Origin: Paramoeba atlantica
Lineage: Eukaryota; Protista; Discosea
Reading direction: 5' to 3'
Length of the DNA stretch: 64,000 bases
NCBI GenBank assembly: GCA_977017575.1
Contig: CDRNVI010000039.1
Location: 62,001-126,000, forward strand
How positions within the stretch are numbered: position 1 is the stretch's first letter; the number at the start of each line of letters is the position of its first letter. Below are positions 55,201 to 64,000 of this stretch, piece after piece. A model generated the notes under the pieces. The model was not told the DNA's origin and ran no database searches. It saw only the letters and a program-made list of their open reading frames with translations. The position numbers and the translations under genes are program-made.

Positions 55201-58200
55201 ACCATGTGCTTCAAACTTTGAATTCTTGCCACTCCGCCAAACCCCAACGCCAAAAAGGCGCATTACCATGATAAGGCAACCAAAGGAAACTTTCAAGTGG
55301 AATTGGGATTTTCCTATACGTATCACAGACCCGGTGTTTACCAACAACGGGGAAAACGAGCGATTTGATGAAGCAATTCGTCCTATGAAGTCTCTTTTCG
55401 AAGATCACTGGCAGAGCTTGTGTCAGCTATTCACTCAGGAGTCCTCCAGCCTCCATAGCTCGCAGGCGAAAATTATTATTCACTTAGAATACCGTGAAAG
55501 AGTTTTAATTAATTTCAAACGTATGTCACCTCTGTATTCTGAAACCCCCGACGGTTTGCCTGTATTTTGGGATGCGCGTACTGATGGAATGCAGTTCGAG
55601 GTTGGGCTAGTACGTTGGATGCACACATCGCGTGATTCAGTGAATGTCGAGGAAATTGAACAAATTGATAGTGACAGTGGGAGTGACGAGAATGTTGCGC
55701 AATTAGGTTTAGTTCGAACTAACGCTCCTTGGTCGGTGAAACAATTAGTATGCGACGCGGTCGACTTTCTAATGAGTTCGGATTCAAGGTTTCTGCGGAT
55801 GCGCAAAGGTACTACCAGGGAGAGACACATTGGACGAACATTTGTGTTCGTATCAAGGATCTCTTTCTTTCTTGCAGCGATCGAGTTTCCTATCAGACGG
55901 TCCGTATTTGGTGGCGAACTAGGAAAGAGTACGGATTACAAGCGCTACAACCTGCAACTTCAAAAAACTCCCGTCCTAGCATACTAGCCTCCTATCGAGA
56001 TCTAATCACTGATCTGGTAAACGAGTTTTTTATGTACGGTGTTCCTGTGAGCAAGTGTCTTCTTTGGGTTGTCCTCTGTGAAATCGTTGAACAACCCAAT
56101 GTAGAGGAACAATGGAAAAATTCAGTCCAAAAAATAAGTGATGCAGTTCAAAAACCGAAAACTTTAACTGATGCAGAGGAAGGAATTTTTGTTCCATCGT
56201 ATCCAACCTTTTCTATTTGGCTACGAAAACTAGACATCAAATTAAAAAGTGCAAAATCAACCATGAAATGCGCATATCCTGAAAATATTGATGAACTCGG
56301 AAAGGATATGCTCCTTCGGGCGTGTCACTACTTAAGAAATGAGTGGAACGGAAAGGTCTTTGCTTCTCTTCTTGTTAATATGGACGAAACGGGAATCGCT
56401 TACAACTGTCTGGCTGAACGCACACTTTCCTTCAGGGAGCAGCGGCCCGGGAACATAGCGCTGGGGGATAAGCGAAGTGCAACATTTTGGGGCAACGCTC
56501 GATGGTTCAATGCTCCCCCCTTTTGTCATTTGGAATGGCAAAGATAATTATCACGGAGCGCATGTACGGACTTGCACAAGCACAGTTCAGTACCAAACAT
56601 TGAACCACTATGTTTCAACAGGTTCCCTTATGGAATATATTCGAGAAATTCTGCGTCCTTATTAGGTTGCATAAGTTGCTTCGTTACACCTAGAAAGCAA
56701 TGAGCCGCTTAGATTAAAAACACTAACCACACAACTGTTTAACATATCTCAAATTTAATGTTTGTTTTAATGAGTCCTCGCATAATGATGAGTCTTTTCA
56801 TTACAATAAACCAGGAAATGGAACCACCAACGCCCCTAGAGTTCAACGTAAATTGAAGGTATCAACTACTTAAGCGCTAAAATAAAACAATACAACTAAC
56901 ATATAAATATGAACATAAAACTTATAACCTTATATATCTACAATAAATATTAAATATAGTAATAAGAATAAAAACAATCTGACAGAAAAAACATGAATAA
57001 GAACTGCTCGCCCTGTCCGGGCTACAAAATCGCTACTCAAAATTTGAAATTAGGGGGGGGGGAATATATTTAACAAGATTTCAAATACCATTGGTCACGT
57101 GAAACGCGTTCTGTAGAATGCTTTATTTTTGTTTGTGGGCTTCGCAGCTTTGGTTTAATTTCACTTTTCCCGTCTATATTTGTCTGAGCCTTTTGGTTCT
57201 TGTTGTTTCGTTGAAGTTTTAGACGTTCTGGATCTTCGCTTCGCGTTCGTTTCGGAATATTATTCATCACGTCGTTTTTAGATGATTCCTTTGTTTTTAC
57301 TTTGCTGTCACGTTTAGTTTGAAATTTTTCTTTTGGAGGATATTTTTCTTTTGGAGGATTGGGGTTCCTCTTTCCTGCTGGTTGTTTGTCAATACCCCCA
57401 CGGGTGCTAATTAGTCTCTTCCCTATCACATTTCCGGCGGATCGCTTATAAGTGACGGCGTTGGTGTGATCAAGTGTTCCTGCTTCCTTGGAAAGCCAAT
57501 CCGCTATTTCATTATGGGGGTTCCCCTCGTGGGCGCGAACTTTTACGCAAAACAGATTTTTCGATCCTGATTCAATTTTGATACAAATGTTGCACAGCTT
57601 TCGTAGGATTTCTGGATTTTGAAAGCCACTAAACCCTATCAATCTATTGCGGTGCCTGTGGATGTGAAAAAATTCGGTCAAAGTCAAGCATTATTTCGCA
57701 CTTTTAGAAATAATAAAAAGTATCTCCGAAGGAAGTTAGGAGTGGCTGCATGTGGCATGTACGACTCCGACACAAACGATCGGTGCAGACCCAGTGATCT
57801 CCTTTCAGGACGCAAATGAAAGTTTCATGCCTCTTGCTACAGGTGACGCTCTGGAAAACAAATTTGTGGCCTTTCAACCACTCGATAATATCATTTTCGG
57901 GGGCGCGGGCGAGCACACTATAGCTAATACTATCTGTACACTCGGAATCGGAGCAAAACGAGCAATCCATCGAGAGTAGTGCAGATATATGCGAAAAATA
58001 CCCTAAAAAAGACTTTGCAAGTAAAATATGATCATATGAGAATACTATGCTTTTTTCGTGAAATAATGCTTGACTTTCACCAAAAATTCCCATATGTAAT
58101 GCGAATCTGTGTGTACAACGATGTCTGTTCCATAATCTTGGGAAAATTGAAGTGCCTCAATCACCGCATAAAGTTCAACCGCTGTACTTTCAATTGTACT

Positions 58201-61200
58201 TTCAATATCTTCCTGGGGCTTTTTGCTTACCATGACTTGGTCAAAACCTTGTCCCAAAATATAAAACCCAGACCCATCTACAGATACACCTTTCTTTGTG
58301 GATTTGATAAGTACGGGTTATGCTACCCCAACGCTTCTCTCTATGTTAATACCGACCGGTTTTCTACTATTCATAAAGTACAACGAGCAAAACTGGTGGG
58401 ACATACTGGTGTATGATTCGTCATTCTTCAGACTTTCGGGAACATATTCAATGGAAACAACGTAGCAACGCTAGATTACCTTCCCCAAGTGAAGCTTGTG
58501 TTAAAGATCTTGGCATTACTATTGAACAAGCATTGGTTTACGCCATGGACCGCGAGCATTGGTTCAGAATTACAGAACAACTTCCTGACAACCCTGAACC
58601 AGCTGCAACCTATATAAAATCTGGCACGCAAAAGTGGAGAACCGCCGTCACAAGAGCCAAGAAGACTAAAGACCTACGCGAGTTACAGTATATTGAAGAG
58701 TCAACGGATCCTTTCCCTAACTTTAAAGCTATGCAGACATACAGGTATACGGATGCTTCTATTAAGAGAATGGTTAATTCTCAGGAAATTCGAAGTGGCG
58801 CTGGTATTGTGGTTATACCAACAAAAAAAGATCCAATAAGATGTTCAATCCCACTGGAAGTTACAACAATTGAGAGAGCAGAACTGCAATCCTTTTATTT
58901 AGCTCTCAACAAATTGCCAGAAAATTCATGCGCGTGCTTGTTTCACACAGATTCGCATTACGTTTGGGACTTATTTCACAATTTACGAAATAAACGGCGC
59001 ATTGTGGGATACACTGGGACAAAAAATGGCGATCTAATGTATGATGTGGACGCAAAGCTCAGGTTACTAAAATTCCATTCGTATAATATATATTTGTGCA
59101 AGGTAAAGGCGCACATTGGAAACAAATGGAATGAGGAGGCAGATGGTCTAGCACTTTTGGCATCACGAAAAGTGGCACGGGCTCCGACCCAAAAAAGGAG
59201 AAAAACAACTGCTCACTCGGAGGATAGTGAGAATTCACAACCGTTATGGTCTTTGAAAGCCTTACTCAAAAGGGGGTCCCTTGGAAATAAGCAAGCACGA
59301 GACATTCCATCATCCAAGCGCGAAGCTGAGGCGGAAGGGGTATTTCGGGGGAAGGTTGCGAGAGCTGGCGGTAATAGGAAACCGTCTAAGTAGGGAGAGG
59401 ATTGATGGAATTATTTCTTTGCCAACTTAGAATGCCTTGAGGATTATTCATAGGTTACCGGAAAAATATTGTTTGTTTGTACCGTATCAGACACATATAA
59501 ACTCTGAACGTGGAAGCGATAGATGAAAGCTTTCAAGGTGTAAACGATAAGTTTTTCAACCGACTTTACGTCGGTCTTTTGGTCTTTTGGACACCTTTCT
59601 TCGTGAATAGAGAACCATCTGTATATATATGCAATCCAGGCTAAAGTGGACGAGGGAGAAACTAAAGGCACCTTTGGAAAACCACCTCGAAACTGGAACG
59701 GTATCACCCGTTAAAGACCCTTTTGCCACATCAGAATGCTCTACAAATCGGGAGATACCGTTCCAGTTTCGAGGTGGCTTTCCAAAGGTGCCTTTAGTAT
59801 CTCCCTCGTCCACTTTAGCCTGGATTACATAGCCATCCGAACATGCTCCCTATGGCGCTTTACTGTTTCCCACGCGAGGAAGTCGTCGTCGCCGCGGCAA
59901 AAAGACAGAAGACTCCGCCTTCTGCCTTTTTGCCTTGCGCCTCCTCCTTCCTCTACGGCCTTGCGTGTCACACACTTCCGGGTAAATTCTGGACTATTTA
60001 GGTGTATTATCGGAACAAGGTGGAGAAATATCGAATGAAACCAAAGCGTATACACGTATATCAGGCCCCCAACTCTCAAAAAACGGTTTAGGAGTTGATT
60101 TGGGAAAAATATGTTTTTTCGCTTTGACCCATAAATTTTCAGTTCTTTTTTCAAAATATCAAAATTTGCTATGATCACCCTGGTGGGGAGGGGGGGGGGG
60201 CAGGAGATACCCATCGGAATTGTTGAAAAACTAGTGATCTTGTCACTCAATTCGATTCATACGTCTGCCTTTTTGCCTTGCGCCTCCTCCTTCCTCATCG
60301 GCCTTGCGTGTCACACACTTCCGGGTAAATTTTGGACTATTTAGGTGTATTATCGGCACAGGGTGGAGAAATATCGAATGAAACCAAAGCGTATAAACGT
60401 ATATCAGGCCCCAAACTCTCAAAAAACGGTTTAGGAGTTGATTTGGGAAAAATACTTTCGCTTTGACCCATAAATGTTTAGTTTTTGTTTGCAAAGTTTC
60501 AAAAATTGCTATGATCACCCTGGTGGGGAGAGGGGGGGGGGCAGGGGATACCCATCGGAATTGTTGAAAAACTAGTGACCTCGTCACTCAATTCGATTCA
60601 TACGTCTGCCTTTTTTCCTTGCACCTCCTCCTTCCTCATCGGCCTTGCGTGTCACACACTTCCGGGTAAATTTTGGACTATGTAGGTGTATTATCGGAAC
60701 AAGGTGGAGAAATATCGAATGAAATCAAAGAGTATACAGGTATAGAAGGCCCCAAACTCTCAAAAAACGGTTTAGGAGTTGATTTGGGAAAAATATGTTT
60801 TTTCGCTTTCACCCATAAATTTTTAGTTTTTTTTTGCAAAATTTCAAAACTTGCTATGATCACCCTGGTGGGGAGGTGGGGGGGACAGGGGGTACCAATC
60901 GTAATTGTTGAAAAACTAGTAATCTTGTCTCTAAATTCGATTCATACGTCTTTGTAAACATTTTTTTCGAAAACTCACCTGAAACGATATCGGGCATGAA
61001 ATCGGGCCACAAATCGGGCACGAAATCGGGCACGGCGAATTAACCTACGGTAGCGAGGGAGTAGTATCTCCCTCAATTCACCTTTACGCCGAGCGTATGG
61101 TTTGGGACCTCCTTCTACGAATTGTGACACTTTGGTGTTAGTGATTGCAGAAATTTTTGTTTCCCATCCAGATTTATTGAACTGTGTGTATGAAGGTCTT

Positions 61201-62460
61201 GGCTCCAACCGATCGCGAAGTTGATCAACTTTCTTTGCCCATGACGTTCGACTTACTGGATAATACAGAATCTCTGCTGTACTTAAATTGAGATCTTCCG
61301 CACATAATTCGGAGACTGATCTATTTTTACTGGAATCTTCATCGCACCATGACATTATATTACAGAAAGCTGGTGAATGACGTACTAAATGCCTTAGTAA
61401 ACTTGCTCGCTGACATTTGGAGACTGTACTGAGATTGTTTTCTCCCTGATACAATGATTCAAGACGCATGCTTCGTTGACCGTCCCAGGATTTATGTACG
61501 CAGCACACTATTCGTCTCATTTTAGAAATTTCAGTGTCCATTTTCAGTAAATCGGAGGTCTAGATCTTCCACGTGCTACAACCATAGGAAATAACTGGCA
61601 TAACTAAAGTTTGAAATATACGAGTGCGGCACAGAATTGAAAGAGGTGAGTTCCAAACTGGACGCAGCCTGTGCATAGTATACCACCCAAGTCTAATCCG
61701 GTCCCTTGGGGTTGATAAGTTATTTTCGGGGTTTATTGCATTACCTAAGTACCTATACTGTATGTCGTCACTTTTGTGTATTCTCGGAATCAACAAAGAC
61801 TCTCATATTGGAAAAGTGTCGTCATGGCGATGAATTTTATTGGATGCGAATTTTTTATGTTCCTGCTCGGTGCACCGGAAGGCTTCAACCGTGCGACGTC
61901 GGGGTTTTTAATCGACTCAAGCCCCAGATACGCTATCAACGAACACGTGCGATATTCAAGTATTGCAGAGAAAAGCGTTATCAAGGTGAGAGGGTAGGGG
62001 ATGCGAAGTCTCTTGGTGCCCGCATGTCAAAAGAGCGACTTCTAGATGCAGTTGCAAAAGCCTACGAGTGGATGTCTTCATCAAAGCAAGTAAAGGCCAC
62101 AGTCGCCGCTTGGGAGAAATGTGGTATTAACACTTCGACCTTGATTGACACCAACATTAATCAAGCATGTTCACGTCGCCATGAGCTATTCAATTTCGTT
62201 TCTTCTGAACCAGAGGAGGAAACCAATGATTCTGATTTATTTGAAGTGGAAGAAGAACTAGACGTTCAATCTTCGGTGGGCTTTTATTGCCCAACGGAAT
62301 CTGTTTCACCCAAGACGGGCTAATTAACTGCGCTTCTTATTGCGGTGGTTGTAAAACTACCGCTCTACACTCGATTATTGAAAAAAAAGTGAACAAAAAC
62401 AGTGAAAATATAAAGAGGCACACAGTAATATAATAGAAGAAAAAAATATAAAAGGGGCTC
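52241..62460. repeat. 10.3-kb tandem duplication, unit 2
   Basis: Near identical to unit 1, with a few substitutions (for example gtgctctgag versus gtgccctgag, and tcctctacgg versus tcctcatcgg). Confidence 0.97.
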
Positions 62461-62788
62461 CGGTGGTCCAAAACTGAAAAAAAAAATGAAAAAAATGGGG
62501 GGTCCATGGGGGGGTCCAGGGGGGGTCATGGTCGAGAATATGTTTTCGAAAAAATTAGATTTCGAAAAAAAACCGCAGAAAGGGTAGCCGGGGTCTTGGC
62601 GCGCATTTTCCACCCCCCTACCCGGGGGTGACACCCCCGCGTATCCGCAGGACGGGTCCGCCAAGTTCGGATTTTTTCGGAAAAAAAGTTTTGAAAAAAA
62701 ATTCAACTTGGCGACTTGATAACCCATTTTTGACTAAAAAAGGTGAAAAAGTATTTTTCGGACCTAAAGGGGCATTTTTGTGTCGAAA

Positions 62789-63172
62789 AAAAAAAAATAT
62801 CCAAATCATTCCCGATTGCTCCGGATGGTCACTGGCAAGCCAGACCCTTCACAGACAGATTTGGAAGTTCCGAGGCCGACGTCCTCTACCAGTTTCCGCT
62901 TTTCCGAGGCGGCACCAACGTGCTGTTGCCAACACGCTGCGTCGACGAACTGTCCGTCAACACGGCTTACTCAAGAGGTGTAAGACGGGTAAGGGAGCTG
63001 GTTCACTGAGGGGAGGGTCCGGGACGGTCCTCCGAGTACTGGGCCTAGTCGGTTATCAGCCCAGCCTCTTAGAGTGAGGCCGCCGGGAATATTGCGATGA
63101 GCGGGTTTGAACTCGCCGTCTGAGCACCATGTGCTTCAAACTTTGAATTCTTGCCACTCCGCCACCTCCGCC
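62789..63172 (-). mobile_element. tRNA-derived SINE-like element, full-length insertion with 9-bp TSD
   Basis: gtgtcgaaa at 62780-88 and 63173-81 inside a family A copy; A9 run on + (T-tail on the tRNA-sense strand). Confidence 0.88.
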
Positions 63173-63617
63173 GTGTCGAAAGAATGGTATGGTTGGAGTC
63201 GCATTCTCTACCCAATACGTTCGGTAGGCTTCCATTCATGCCTACGAGTGAGTTCCCAAGCGCAAATGTCGGATTTAGTGCTCTGAGAGCAAAAATACGC
63301 GAAAAAGACCCCATTTTTACCCGAAATTCGGCTATTTTTGGCTATAATCTTTCCGTTTTCCAGGCTGAGTTTTCTTTTTTAGGCTCTTCGTTAAACGGGG
63401 CGGTAGTTTTCAACGCGAAGAGCGCAGCATGAATGACTTCTAAGTTGAAAACAACCACCGCGTTTAACGAAGAGCCTAAAAAAGAATTGAAGTTAATCTC
63501 GTTTTCTGTCGGATCAAGTCGATCACCATCGACTTGGTCAGTGGGCACCACAGCGAGGCCTGCTCACAAGCACGATGAACAGACAGCATTGCCTCAGCCT
63601 TATCATAGACTTCGGCA

Positions 63618-63921
63618 AAAATCCAAAAAAAAAACCCAAATCATTCCGGATTGCTCCGGATGGTCACTGGCAAGCCAGACCCTTCACAGACAGATTTGGA
63701 AGTTTCGAGGCCGACGTCCTCTACCAGTTTCCGCTTGTCCAAGGCGGCACCAACGTGATGTTGCCAACACGCTGCGTCGACGAACTGTCCGTCAACACGG
63801 CTTACTCAAGAGGTGTAAGACGGGTAAGGGAGCTGGTTCACTGAGGGGAGGGTCCGGGACGGTCCTCCGAGTACTGGGCCTAGTCGGTTCTCAGCCCAGC
63901 CCTCAGAGTGAGGCCGCCTCT
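63618..63921 (-). mobile_element. 5'-truncated SINE-like copy with 12-bp TSD
   Basis: tagacttcggca at 63606-17 and 63922-33; tRNA head absent. Confidence 0.85.
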
Positions 63922-64000
63922 TAGACTTCGGCATTCGCATCACTATAATCCCCCACTCTTTTATTGAATCCACGGTTCCGGTGTTGGTTTCCCATGTTGC

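Overview
Eukaryotic nuclear DNA, most likely a kinetoplastid or other euglenozoan with a compact genome (Perkinsela-like is an inference). Support: intronless genes all on one strand, pyrimidine-rich tracts ending in AG before ATGs, a short-linker DHFR-TS and a trypanosome-type IF1. About 1-17.8 kb is a + strand gene cluster: five paralogous short LRR genes, LSm8, SRP14, Spt5, NTF2, an orphan type-I membrane protein, DHFR-TS, dynein light chain LC8 and IF1, plus a Tc1 transposase fragment. Three of these genes switch sharply from C-rich to G-rich along their length. About 18-64 kb is a nested mobile-element and satellite domain with only one ordinary gene (a sixth LRR). It holds a structured 170-bp tandem array split by an RLE-type non-LTR retrotransposon. 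That element carries a TA-MITE and a hAT element, and the hAT carries an internally deleted IS30-like element with 26-bp IRs and a 3-bp TSD. Further on are a strongly folded RNA-like segment, a CACGTG-rich minisatellite, Helitron-like foldback repeats and Rep/PIF1 fragments, a tRNA-derived SINE-like family with a T-rich tail and TSDs, and a near-identical 10.3-kb tandem duplication containing pogo, RTE/RNase H and Merlin-like pieces. All family assignments come from motif recognition by eye; no database search was run.
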